Source: Perkinsus chesapeaki ATCC PRA-425 (lineage: Eukaryota > Protista > Perkinsozoa). From it: DNA of 64,000 nucleotides. A model generated the notes under the pieces. The model did not search any database and was not told the DNA's origin. It worked only from the letters and a program-made list of their open reading frames with translations. The translations under genes were made by a program, and so were the position numbers. Shown here in pieces: positions 46,492 to 57,400 of this stretch; position 1 is the stretch's first letter; the number at the start of each line of letters is the position of its first letter. The stretch lies in assembly GCA_013115145.1 (NCBI GenBank), contig JAAPAO010000010.1, positions 1 through 64,000 on the forward strand, given 5' to 3'.

Positions 46492-47019
46492 ATGCATCGC
46501 CTTACATTCGTCTTCATGCTTTCTCTCCCGTTGGTCTCGGCCGTTCGGCACACGTGGACCCAGGAAGATCTAGATGAGATGAGAGATGCGTATTTTGGGC
46601 AGCTCGACTATAATGGCGATGGTAGGAGTCCGGTGGCGCCGCTACAACACTGATATTGAAGGGCCTTTCCTGGCCCTCAATCACGCACACATTGCACTAT
46701 AGAATATACCTTGTTGGGTAGCCCTTAGCTCCTGTAAGGGGATCATGGTACACTCGAGCTGCTGTGGTGAGGGGATTATGTGATTATAGGATACGTCGAC
46801 ATGCAAGAGATGCGATCGAGTTTCATTGACGGTAGCATGGAGAGCGCGTTGTATATGGAAAGGCACATGGTTGATCTGCTTGGTAAAATAGATAGAAATA
46901 AGGACGGTTTAGGTAGCAGCGTGCTGCCCACTACTTTTGCTTACTTGATGGATTTAGTTACCTGGGAGGAGTACATTTCCTACTTTCTCGAGGAAGAGGC
47001 ATTCGATGAGCCTGATTAG
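46492..47019 (+). CDS. Secreted two-EF-hand protein 2 (type B)
   Basis: Signal peptide; loops DYNGDGYVDMQE and DRNKDGLVTWEE; same intron sites as protein 1. Confidence 0.9.
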
Positions 47020-47142
47020 ATCTCCTCAGGCGCCGGCCATTAGTATCTGGCCCGTTTTACCGAGGCTTGGTCCTCTTCGTCTGGTCGAATGGTCGTATTG
47101 CGTTACCCAAGGGTAACTTTAAAGCAGTTTTACTTTTTCATT

Positions 47143-47840
47143 ATGAGAGCTCTCGCAATCCTTGTTATGGTATGTGGAACAACTGCCAAGCCGGAAAGAG
47201 ACTACAGCGAGCTGTATACAGACCATTTTAGGCGTCTGGACACCAATGAAGATAGTAATAGGAACTTAACAGTTGAATGTGGCCGAGGTGTGAGGTTGTA
47301 TTGTAGACTATATTGATATGCAAGAGATGCGGTCATTCATGCTTGGAGTGCCCGAAGGCTTTGCGGACACAGCCGAGAGGCATATGTACGACATGCTCAA
47401 GCGATTGGACGGAAATAAGGATGGTCTTCGTAATAAGGGAGGAGGGGGAGCGGTAGAATAATGGGGTGTAAGGGGAAGGGGTAGAAAAATGGGGTGTAAG
47501 GGGACGGGGTAGAAAAATGGGTTGTAAGGGGAAGGAGTACAATAATGGGGTGTAAGGGGACGGGGTAGAATAATGGGGTGTAAGGGGAAGGGGTAGAAAA
47601 ATGGGGTGTAAGGGGAAGGAGTACAATAATGGGGTGTAAGGGGAAGGAGTACAATAATGGGGTGTAAGGGGACGGGGTAGAAAAATGGGGTGTAAGGGGA
47701 CGGGGTAGAAAAATGGGGTGTAAGGGGACGGGGTAGAAAAATGGGTTGTAAGGGGAAGGGGTAGAATAATGGGGTGTGTGTTGTTAGTTACTTGGGAGGA
47801 GTATATCGATGGTATGCTCAATGATGTCCAGCTCGACTGA
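47143..47840 (+). CDS. Secreted two-EF-hand protein 3 (type B)
   Basis: Signal peptide; loops DTNEDNYIDMQE and DGNKDGLLTWEE; intron 2 (47430-47787) holds a minisatellite. Confidence 0.88.
47451..47776 (+). repeat. 28-bp G-rich minisatellite (GGGGTGTAAGGGGAAGGGGTAGAAAAAT), about 11.6 copies
   Basis: Directly visible tandem units with recurring variants (GGAGTACAATAAT, GGGGACGGGG, GGGTTGTAA). Confidence 0.97.
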
Positions 47841-48079
47841 GCCATGGAGATAGAGGATGCAAATGATCTCCGTCTTCATTCAACGGCTTAGACCACCCTT
47901 ACGAACTTTTTATCTTGTCATTGCTTTTGTTGCGTTCATCATCGGTGGTGGATTCATACCGACTTTCATACGGACCAATCCCTCCTCGGCGAGTTCTGTG
48001 TGTTCTCCTACTTCCTTATGCATTATCTTTGCTTCTTCTATCCAATACCCTAACCACCTTGTTAGTTGACTTCTTTACT

Positions 48080-48817
48080 ATGACTTGTAGCATTAAAGGC
48101 TCAGTAGCACTGTTCGCCTTCTGCCTTGTCATTTGCTCTTTGGGGGATAGATCGTCTAAGATAAGGGAGATATATGAGTCGCAGTTCCGTCAATTTGACA
48201 TGAATGAGGACAGTAGGACAGGAACATCTGCATTCTACACTTTGACTTAGGTGTTATTGACGCACAGGAAATTAGGAGCAACTTTCCGGACTTGGCCAAC
48301 GATCACATTGACTCGTTTTTCAGAAGCACCGACGGCAATAAGGATGGCCTTAGTAATAGAACAACAACAAGCCTCGCGTCGTTCCTTTGATGAACAGCTT
48401 CTGAGGCAGCTTCACAATTGAAAGTCTGAAGCTATGAGGATATGCTTATTGTGTATAGGGAAGTTCCCCATTCACAATGAGCATATCTCTAAGGGAACAT
48501 TACCCATGTAGAGTGCTAATGAATTGGATCTGGTTACCTGTTCTTGAACCGTCAAGCGAGTTGGCAATAATATGTCGCCCGGTGTATAATATGTAAACCT
48601 TTAATTGTATTATCCTATGCATTTGCTTTCTAGATCCTCGCATCTGTGGGGAACTTTGCTGAAATAGTCTTTGCGCATGGAAAATGTGGTAGCTTTTTTC
48701 CGGGATGAACTAAGGTGGATTGAAGGCTGCCTCAAGTGCCTCTCTTATTGACCTAATCGTTATTTCTCAGTTTCCTGGGAAGAGTTTGTGAGGGATAGTT
48801 TACAGGAGGACGTATAA
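48080..48817 (+). CDS. Secreted two-EF-hand protein 4 (type B)
   Basis: Signal peptide; loops DMNEDSVIDAQE and DGNKDGLISWEE; long second intron. Confidence 0.85.
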
Positions 48818-48945
48818 GTCCCATCGATATACTAATTACCATACTTGGTCTTCAGACTCCTTGGAAGCCCGTAGAGTTGTTGTGTTGCTGCCAATTTCCG
48901 TCTTCTCCTCCCCATTACAGTGTGTTTATACTCCCTCTACTATCA

Positions 48946-49811
48946 ATGCGATCGGCTTTTATGGTATGTCTTATCGCTTTATTGGGGATTGGTCAAGGAA
49001 CAGTGAGTGATGTAGATGCTGAGACTATGAGCCGATTTGATGACCAAATGCAGGAGATGGATCTCGATGGGAATGGTAATATTTCGCCGCCACCGCCTCC
49101 GCCTCCGTACTGGCTATTCGTGACATAATATACTTATATAAAAATGGCGTTCCTGTCTTCATTCATTACTGTATAGGGAGGCGCTCTAGTTTACGGTCAT
49201 AAGATCATTCTTAACCGTCGCCGATGTTTTTGTTTGTCCTTTTTAACAACTGATCAACTATACGTATAGGTGATAGTACTCAGATTAACCCTCTCAGTCT
49301 TGAGTAGTATCGACGATAATGTAACGTTCTGCAGCCAACTACCGGTTCGGGCGTGACACTTGCTGAATTGATCAGAAGGTTTCTGTAAGGAGGAGGCGCT
49401 GCTGTTTCCACTATCCTGTCTGCTACGCATTTCTACTGTTAGTAAATCTTCGAGGCGCTTCCATGAGCCTTGGCAATTTGGAAACATTCCCTCGTATCGC
49501 GTGAGTTTAGGGTGGCGATTATTCCCCATAAATGGTCTACTCTTATTACACTCTTACGTTGTATTGTGCACAGCCTCCTGTAGCGGACAGGGCCATCTTC
49601 ATCTTGTTATTATTAGGTATTGTAGATGCTCAAGAGATACGCAGTGTATTCTTGGGTATGTCGGATTCATTCATTGATGGTTTTATGCGCAGAATAGACA
49701 AGAATCAGGACGGCAGCTGTAACAGCTCGAGCGGGACTGCGAAATGATTTTGCGTTTTTTCTATCAGTTTCGCGCGATGAGTATTTCGATTACGCCTTCT
49801 CAGAAGACTAA
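48946..49811 (+). CDS. Secreted two-EF-hand protein 5 (type A)
   Basis: Signal peptide; loops DLDGNGIVDAQE and DKNQDGSFSRDE; long first intron. Confidence 0.85.
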
Positions 49812-49960
49812 TTTCCCTCTGTGATATACCCGTTGGCATTCTTGCACTGTTAAGTTTCTTGCCGTACTTCAAGGCATTTCATTTCCTTCCATTGTTGCGC
49901 TGTTGGCATCCCAGTGAACCCTTTCCTCAGTATGTTTTTTAAAACCGCCAAAGCGCTCGA

Positions 49961-52900
49961 ATGCTACAATCGGTCAGACATGTGGAGGTTCACCCTAAGG
50001 ACCCGAATCTCGTCTTGGAGGTCGACAACGTTCGTGGAGTAACCGTCAGGATATACGATCTTTTGGGCTGCCCTAAGGCCGATGCCGCCGCTGCTTCAAT
50101 TGGGGGTGGTGTGGTCGACGCCTGCTGGGTATGTGGATGCGGCGAGGGCGTTGTAATTGTTCTTATGGACACAGGGGCGCTCAAGGCCTACTCGGTGCTC
50201 TTATGTCTACTGGCGCCTCCCCCCGTCCCGGGCCCAGAAGCTTTGGAGATCCGCACTGTTCCAGCAGGAGCCCTGGGAAGGTCTATAACTAGTCTGGTTG
50301 GTACGAGCTGTGAAGTGACTGCTTTTTGCTGTGAAGATGGAACGCTTAAGCTAGGCAGGGCGAGGCCAAGAGATGCCAATGGTCACGACGGCACACTGTG
50401 GTTCGATATCTTGAAGACTCTAGAGTGTCGGCCCGGCAGCCCTATATCTGTGTGTGGCCCCAAGTCCTATGTATTCTGTCCACCTGACCGACCTGTCGCC
50501 GTTCTCAAAGGCTTTGGTGCCCAGAACTCAAAGAAGCGTGGCGTGATCGACTTTCCGGAGGGCGCTGTAGGCGTGATGAGCCTGGCTGCATCGACGGACG
50601 TGGTGGCCGCCCTGTTTGACATTGGCAATGGTAGCTGCCAGTTGTGTGCCTATTCCACATACGAGGTGCCCCCGATCATGGTGCATTCGGAGACTCTGCC
50701 AACTAGTGTGGTCGAGGGGCCGCTGCAGATCCACAGTGTTCGAGATACCAACGCTGTTGTGATAGTTGTGAGCTCCGGCAAGGTGGTTGTGCGCTCGAGG
50801 ACTTACGCTGACGGTGAGCGGTGGGTATCTCGAAGCGTGGTGCAGTGTCCCTCCGAGTGCTGTGCTCTTGTGGCCGAGAGAGACGGTATGGGATGGGACA
50901 AATGCTTTGTGTCGGGGAGAGGTATTGAATCGTTCCCTGCAGATATTACTAAATGGCTGTCGAGATCTAGTCTGCCTTTTGAGGATTCCAATCCTGTGGT
51001 CACTCTGCACAGGGCACTTAATGGCGCCTTTACCCAGGCGGAGGACCTTCCTGATTGGTGTCATGATTACGCTGCCGATGGGGAGGCTGAGAGGCTGCTC
51101 ACCGATGGACCATCTAGGAGGTTCTTCATCAAGCTCGCATTCGTTCTTTCTCCTAAACACATGAGTGAGTGCGATGAGATAGGTGTGGCCATCAACACCG
51201 AGGACTGCTTCCTCGCCACTATAGGCAAGTGCCAGGCCTTCCTACTGCAGCTGGTCACCAGAGCGGCGCCCTCGACTGATGACAACGCGGATCTTTGGAG
51301 TACTTATTTCCGCCGGCTTGGGGTTGGCTTCTGGGCTGACTCCCCAACGCTGATCAGGTCTACGGTATTAGATCTGCTACTGAAACGATCTTTGGCGAAA
51401 TACCGTCGGACCAAAGAGCTGTCGGTTATAGAAAAAGAGGCTGCGCTGTGGCTGGCACTGCTAGGCCGCCAGAAGGTTCTTGCATCGCTCTACAAGCAGC
51501 ATGGACAGATGACCAGCGATCCCAAAGCCATGAGGATCTCTAGCTTCCTTGCCATGGACTTCAGTACGTCAGAGAACAAGAACATCGGCTCGAAGAATGC
51601 ATTTGAACTGGTCAGGCAGAAGCGTCACTCGATGGCTGCGGCGGTGTTCCTCCTTGTTGGTGACGTGCACTCAGCTGTTAATGTTGCCACTCGTTATCTT
51701 GAGGACGTCCAGCTGGCCATCCTCTTTGTGAGGTGCGCTAATGCTGACGGTATTATTGATAGGGAGACCATGGACGATATATGGGCCGAGAAGTTCCCTG
51801 TCTTCGATGCCTGGGTTGATTTCTGGCGCTTGTGGTCCTCCAGAAGGTACCCTGACCTCGCCAACAAATTGGCTGCTGGGTCACTCGATGTATCGGTCAC
51901 TGGCTCTGGTGATGACCGTGAAGGCATCTTAGGCGTGCTACCGACGCCTCCTCACCTCAGCACTTGTTCAAGAAGAGATATCTTTGATTTTCTTTCTAGT
52001 GCGGTTCCAGCCTTTGGAGCTGCAGCTGAAGGGCTTGCCGTAGTTGATACGCCTAAAAGAGTCGTCGCCACTAGGTTGCTTGGTCGAGGGCTGGCTGCAT
52101 TGTTGCCTCCAGTAGGCGAGGACACTGCTCTTACCACTGCAGTCCACTGGGCTCGAAGGGCATCTATATTGTTCGATGAGAATCTGACACCACGAAAGTC
52201 CTCGAAGATGCCATCCTGCATACCGGGCCAGGCCTTGCCCGCAGCTATTGGTAGCGAGCTCCAGAGCTATTGGTTAAGACGGGTTCGAGGGCCGCTGCTG
52301 GACCCTCGACTGAATCCGATGCCCCCTGCTCCTGAGCTCTGGACGATCCTCTCAAGGCTGGTGGACACGTCCAAGGGAGGATTGCTGCCGAGATGGGCAG
52401 CTGAGCTTACCTCAATGGTCTTTGCTGGCATTGGTGATTGGTCTACTAGCATACCTGAGGTACAGGAGGCTGCTGCTGCTGTGGTGCTAAGTGAGCTCGA
52501 GAGGCTTCTGATTGAGTACGAGGCTGAGGGGGACGCCGAGGCGGCTAAGGATGATGATGACGGTAGATTGACTCTTGCTGAGCACTACACTGGTGTCCTC
52601 TTCGAGCTGCTGCAGCCAGGCTCCTCACCACAGGTGGCTGTAGACGCCGAAGCTCCTCCTCTCACTTGCCTCAATGATTCGACAGGCTCGGCATCACGGT
52701 TGAGGTGTCTCGTGGTGTGCGCTTTGGTGTTGGAGAGAGTCCTGAGTCCACCGAAAGGCTCATCCAAGTTGACCGTCTACGAGCGGCAGTACCAGCTTCT
52801 TGTTCGATGGCACTTAAAGTCCCACGTCTATGAGGCTATGGGGGAGCCTGAGGCTGTTGAGGGTGGCAAAGCTGATGAGCCTACCTCGGAGCATCCTCTC

Positions 52901-54361
52901 GAAACGATACTTGGAGCACCCAGAAGGCTTAAGCTTCTGCAGAGCACCTGCCCGATGTATCGCCGCAGTCCTGAGCAAGAGAAGGAGCATCTGCCGAAGT
53001 CGGTTCCCTTGCCGGGCATCATGAGCCAACTCGGATGGCATTCGGTGACTGGGTTGTGTCTGGACAGGTCTGCAGGGGCGTCATTGAGGCTCGCCCTCTC
53101 AGCGGGTCATGAAACTGGTGTTGTCAGAGTTATCGACTTGCCTCAACATATTCGGGGCTCGCTGGGTGGCTGCTGTGACGGCGTGACGCCTGAGGAGTAC
53201 TACCGTGAACCATCTCGATGGCGTATGGATATCGAGCGGTCTGTCATCAACTCTAATACCAACTTGCCGGCTGATACCAAGATAGTCCCGAGCGAGCGAA
53301 CCAGAGTGGATCTTGGTGACGAGCCATCGTTGGCGAATCACCTGGGCTCCGGGCTGCCCCTCAGACAAGGCTGTAGGATATACGCCAGTGACGTTATGTT
53401 ATTATCTTTGGGTATTAATTGGGCTACTGGTGTCAGTGCACATGTCTTCCAAACAGCGCATTCGAGTGATACCCCTACACAGTTGCCTCTGAGCAATTCT
53501 CTTACTGCCCATCCTACAGCCAGTGTCTTTGCCTCAACGGCCATCAACACCATCCACTTGTGGTCCTTTGGGTGCTCTGCTCTGGGCGAGCCCGCTCAGG
53601 AGCTGTGTTCGTTCAAGTCGCAGCGTCTACCATCACCCCATGATCCGCTTCGGACAGCCACTTGGTCTGAGAACGGCGAGACTCTTGCTGGGTTCAGCAA
53701 GAACGGGTACATGCTCCTCTGGTCGGCTCGAAGGCCAGAGAAGCCTATCATATCATTTCAAACACCCTTCATTAGGGGTAACGACATCAAGGCGCTCACG
53801 GCTTCGGGGTCTCTGATGCTCATTTGCGGAAGGGAGACTCCCGATGGCTCCGGTGGTGCCGCTATGATCGATTGTCGTGCGCCTGAGCTGGTGGTCCGCA
53901 AATGGAACGCTGGTCCTGGTAAAGAGTACACTTGTGCATCAGGATTGTCACATCCTCTAGAGCTCCAGCTCGGCACTTGTGATGGGCAAGTGGTGGATGT
54001 TGACACCCGCAGTACCGGCGGCGGCGGCAGTGGCGGTGGTGGGGCCTGCAAGACGGTTATGCGATATATGGACGGGCATGAGCGAAGTCCAGCACTCTAC
54101 AGCCTCATGCGCTATGGCTCTACTGATTCCGATGTTGTGGCTGTCACCCACGGCAGTGCTTTAGGGGTCCTCCGAGCAGGCGAGGCAGCTGGATCGTTTG
54201 ACTCCAGCTACGCCAAGCACAAGGGTGGCATGGGTTCGGCCATGCAGGCTGCGTTCAGCAAGATAGGCCCCAAGCTAGTGGCGGCTGCCGATGCCTGTGG
54301 CACTGTGGCGATAACTGCTGGAACGTCTGACCAGCAAGTCCTATTGCATAGGCTGCCTTGA
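49961..54361 (+). CDS. RAV1: Rav1/DMXL (RAVE/rabconnectin-3 alpha)-like WD protein, intronless, 1466 aa
   Basis: Rav1p_C-like segment RRLGVGFW...AALWLALLGRQKVLASL...FLAMDF...KNAFELVRQKRHSMAAAVFLLVGD..SAV..LEDVQLAI; C-terminal WD-like repeats. Confidence 0.85.
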   Translation: MLQSVRHVEVHPKDPNLVLEVDNVRGVTVRIYDLLGCPKADAAAASIGGGVVDACWVCGCGEGVVIVLMDTGALKAYSVLLCLLAPPPVPGPEALEIRTVPAGALGRSITSLVGTSCEVTAFCCEDGTLKLGRARPRDANGHDGTLWFDILKTLECRPGSPISVCGPKSYVFCPPDRPVAVLKGFGAQNSKKRGVIDFPEGAVGVMSLAASTDVVAALFDIGNGSCQLCAYSTYEVPPIMVHSETLPTSVVEGPLQIHSVRDTNAVVIVVSSGKVVVRSRTYADGERWVSRSVVQCPSECCALVAERDGMGWDKCFVSGRGIESFPADITKWLSRSSLPFEDSNPVVTLHRALNGAFTQAEDLPDWCHDYAADGEAERLLTDGPSRRFFIKLAFVLSPKHMSECDEIGVAINTEDCFLATIGKCQAFLLQLVTRAAPSTDDNADLWSTYFRRLGVGFWADSPTLIRSTVLDLLLKRSLAKYRRTKELSVIEKEAALWLALLGRQKVLASLYKQHGQMTSDPKAMRISSFLAMDFSTSENKNIGSKNAFELVRQKRHSMAAAVFLLVGDVHSAVNVATRYLEDVQLAILFVRCANADGIIDRETMDDIWAEKFPVFDAWVDFWRLWSSRRYPDLANKLAAGSLDVSVTGSGDDREGILGVLPTPPHLSTCSRRDIFDFLSSAVPAFGAAAEGLAVVDTPKRVVATRLLGRGLAALLPPVGEDTALTTAVHWARRASILFDENLTPRKSSKMPSCIPGQALPAAIGSELQSYWLRRVRGPLLDPRLNPMPPAPELWTILSRLVDTSKGGLLPRWAAELTSMVFAGIGDWSTSIPEVQEAAAAVVLSELERLLIEYEAEGDAEAAKDDDDGRLTLAEHYTGVLFELLQPGSSPQVAVDAEAPPLTCLNDSTGSASRLRCLVVCALVLERVLSPPKGSSKLTVYERQYQLLVRWHLKSHVYEAMGEPEAVEGGKADEPTSEHPLETILGAPRRLKLLQSTCPMYRRSPEQEKEHLPKSVPLPGIMSQLGWHSVTGLCLDRSAGASLRLALSAGHETGVVRVIDLPQHIRGSLGGCCDGVTPEEYYREPSRWRMDIERSVINSNTNLPADTKIVPSERTRVDLGDEPSLANHLGSGLPLRQGCRIYASDVMLLSLGINWATGVSAHVFQTAHSSDTPTQLPLSNSLTAHPTASVFASTAINTIHLWSFGCSALGEPAQELCSFKSQRLPSPHDPLRTATWSENGETLAGFSKNGYMLLWSARRPEKPIISFQTPFIRGNDIKALTASGSLMLICGRETPDGSGGAAMIDCRAPELVVRKWNAGPGKEYTCASGLSHPLELQLGTCDGQVVDVDTRSTGGGGSGGGGACKTVMRYMDGHERSPALYSLMRYGSTDSDVVAVTHGSALGVLRAGEAAGSFDSSYAKHKGGMGSAMQAAFSKIGPKLVAAADACGTVAITAGTSDQQVLLHRLP

Positions 54362-54457
54362 TTATTGCAACATTCAATTTGAAGTAGTGTTTCTACTATT
54401 GCTTTCGGTTGAGTTGTATGCTGAACCCGCTCAATACTCTTCAGTATTTTCAACTCT

Positions 54458-57400
54458 ATGGAAGATGAATCTTTGCTCGATGCGAGGATCGAAGCCATGT
54501 TCTCCCGCTTTCCCCAGATATGTGTACCTAATCGGCCACCGATACCTGTGAAGCGGCGTCGATCTCTCTTGAGCCCCAATCGTATCAGAACGGCAAAGTA
54601 CACTTTGCTGACGTTCCTCCCGCTCAACTTGTGGCACCAATTTCACGTTTTTGCTAACCTTTACTTCCTCTGCATGGCCGGTATGCAAATGTTGCCGTGG
54701 ATATCGGATTCTGGTGGAATCCCCTTCATTCTCCTGCCCCTTGGCTTCGTGCTTGCGGTCACGGCTATAAAGGATGGTCTCGAAGACTACAATCGCTATA
54801 AGGCCGACTTCGAGGAGAATAACCAAGACGCTGCGCTGGTCATTCCAGACGGTGAGGCCTGTACGGTTGTCCATTGGGAGGCTCTCCGCGTCGGGGATGT
54901 CATCCGTCTTGGCCGCGGTGACCGAGTACCCGCGGACGTTGTGATACTAGCGAGCTGCGATGAGGGCGGACAGGTTTTCATTGGTACTGAGAACCTCGAC
55001 GGCGAAACGTCATTGAAGCAGAAGACGGCTCTTCCTCACACTAACAGGCTTATAGTGTCGGATGGTGATGCTGGTAATCTTAACTCGAGATCTGGTATAT
55101 GCCGTACTCGCCTCAAGATCAATTGTGAAGCGCCTTGCGAAAGCCTTCACTCGTTCCATGGCGTCCTGCACATCGAAGGGTCCTCTGATGGCCCTCTGCC
55201 TCTCACTGTTGACCAAGTCATCTTCAGGGGGAGCACAGTGGAGACGACGTCTCAGGTGTGGGCAGTTGTGGTGTACACTGGCCATGAAACTCGCATCCTT
55301 CGGAACGCCATGAAGCTGAAGCCTAGATACAAGCTGTCTAAATTGATGCTGTGCTATAATAAACATATTATATCCCTTTTTGCTATACAGTTTGCTCTAT
55401 GTACCATTACAGCCATGCTCCATTTATCATTATCGCTAGCTTTTTTAGAGCGACATTTTTATTTGCCCCGGTCCAACCTGCTCACAGTAATTGAGGTCTT
55501 CGGGGCCCAGCTACTCCAGCTCACTCAGTTTGTCCCGATAAGTGTTTTGGCCACACTAGAGGTCGTGAAAGTGATCCAGTCCATGCTGGTGATCGATAGG
55601 GATCCAGAGATGCCTGGTTGTAAAACCAACACTTGTACCATTCTCGAAGAGCTCGGTTCAGTTCGTCACGTTTTCACCGACAAGACTGGCACCTTAACTG
55701 AGAACAAGATGCTGTTGAAGTCTCTCTGCATTGTGAGGCCCGGCCTGGCCGCCAGCCCATCTTCCCGGGTCCTGGTCGACGGAGCAGCTGGGGACAAGGA
55801 GGACCATAGCCCTCTTAGAACCCGCTCGGCAGGACTTTCCGATTTCTGGTCAAGGAGTATGCACGAGTCTGTGCCTAGATGTCTGCGAAGCCACGTTGCC
55901 GCTGACTTCCCTGCCGACCAGCTGCGCATGGAATGGAGCAGCTCGAAGGGCACCGAGAGTAAATTATTGATGTTGGCAATGTCAGTTTGTCACTCGGTTA
56001 TGGCACGGTCCCAGGAGTACTCGGCGGACCTTGTGCTGGATGCGAGCTCTCCTGACGAGCTAGCCTTGGTTGCCGGGGCAGCCTCACTAGGCCTTGTCTT
56101 TGCTGGCAGATCAGCGTCCAACGAAGTCCGCCTTAAAGTCGAACATTCGTGGACCGCTGAGCTGCTAGGTTGCAACGTGGGCGAAATTATCGTGAAAGTC
56201 CTACTGGTGTTGCCGTTTGACAGTGACAGGAAGCGCATGAGCGTCGTCATAGAACACAACCGTGAGGCTATCATGCTTTGTAAGGGCGCCGATTCCACTA
56301 TGTTCGAGGCCGCCACCGGTGACGTAGTGAACCCGGAGCTAGCTGCAGCGGTGAACGGCTACGCGGAAGTTGGCCTCAGGACGCTTGTCTTCGGTTGGAA
56401 AAGGTTCGACACAGCGGAGTTTGCTGAACTCCTTGAGGAGCATCGGGACGCCTGCTTGGAGGATTCGGCCGAAAGAACGAGATGTGCTGTAGATGCGCTA
56501 GAGTCGGGCTTGCAGCTTTTCGGTTGCTCTGGTGTGGAAGACATGCTCCAGCCGAGAGTTCCTGAGACTTTGGCGGCCATTCGCGAGCACGGTCTGAAGG
56601 TGTGGATGCTAACCGGTGACAGAGTGGAGACAGCTGTTAACATTGGCCGAAGCGCCGGGCTCTTCCCTGCCAACGAGAGGAGCATCCTCTTGGACTCCAC
56701 GGACGCGGTCGAGCTCAGCGAACTGATGGACAGTCCTTTGCCGAGCGAGACATCGAAGGGGGCCAGGATTATTCCTCTTGAAGAGCCCTGTCCGGGGCAG
56801 CACATGGTCCTTACTGGCGAGTCATTATCTGTCATACTGTCTAGTCGCAGACTTCGTGAACAGCTCTTCACTGCGCCGGTGAGCTCTGTTCTAGCTTGCC
56901 GAGTGACACCAGCCCAAAAAACCGAGCTCGTGATAGCAGCTCGGAGCTTCTGCTCGGGTCTCGTCTTGAGGGGAGAGCAAGAGGTCCGCGGCAGCTCTCA
57001 AGGAGGTGCCGTTCTGGCTATTGGTGATGGTGCTAATGACGTTGGTATGATCCAAGCTGCCGAGGTCGGCGTGGCCGTGGCTGGATACGAGGGAGCGCAG
57101 GCGGTGCGTGCCAGCGACTTTGCCATATCCAGGTTCAATCACTTGGAACGTCTACTGCTGTACCATGGTCCTGATCTACTAAGGAAGAACTCTTTCGTCG
57201 TCTACTACTCTATTTTTAAGAATGCCGGCTTCTCCCTTCTACCATTCGTGTACGGTCTTGTCTGCGCCTTTTCGGCCGCGAATGTCTATCATGTCGTATT
57301 GAAACAGTTCTATAACACCGCGTACACCGCCCTGCCTGTCATAGCCTTCGCAGTATTCGATCGTCCAGACCTCCTGGCTACATGCCCAGGCCGATGGCCT

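Noticed and set aside
47333-47845. Pro/Thr-rich repetitive ORFs on the minus strand
   Set aside because: These are translations of the 28-bp minisatellite within an intron of a plus-strand gene.
49254-49529. Antisense ORF in EF-hand-5 intron 1 with a faint chromodomain-like SWKRLEDL
   Set aside because: Similarity is too weak, with no flanking retroelement motifs or terminal repeats.
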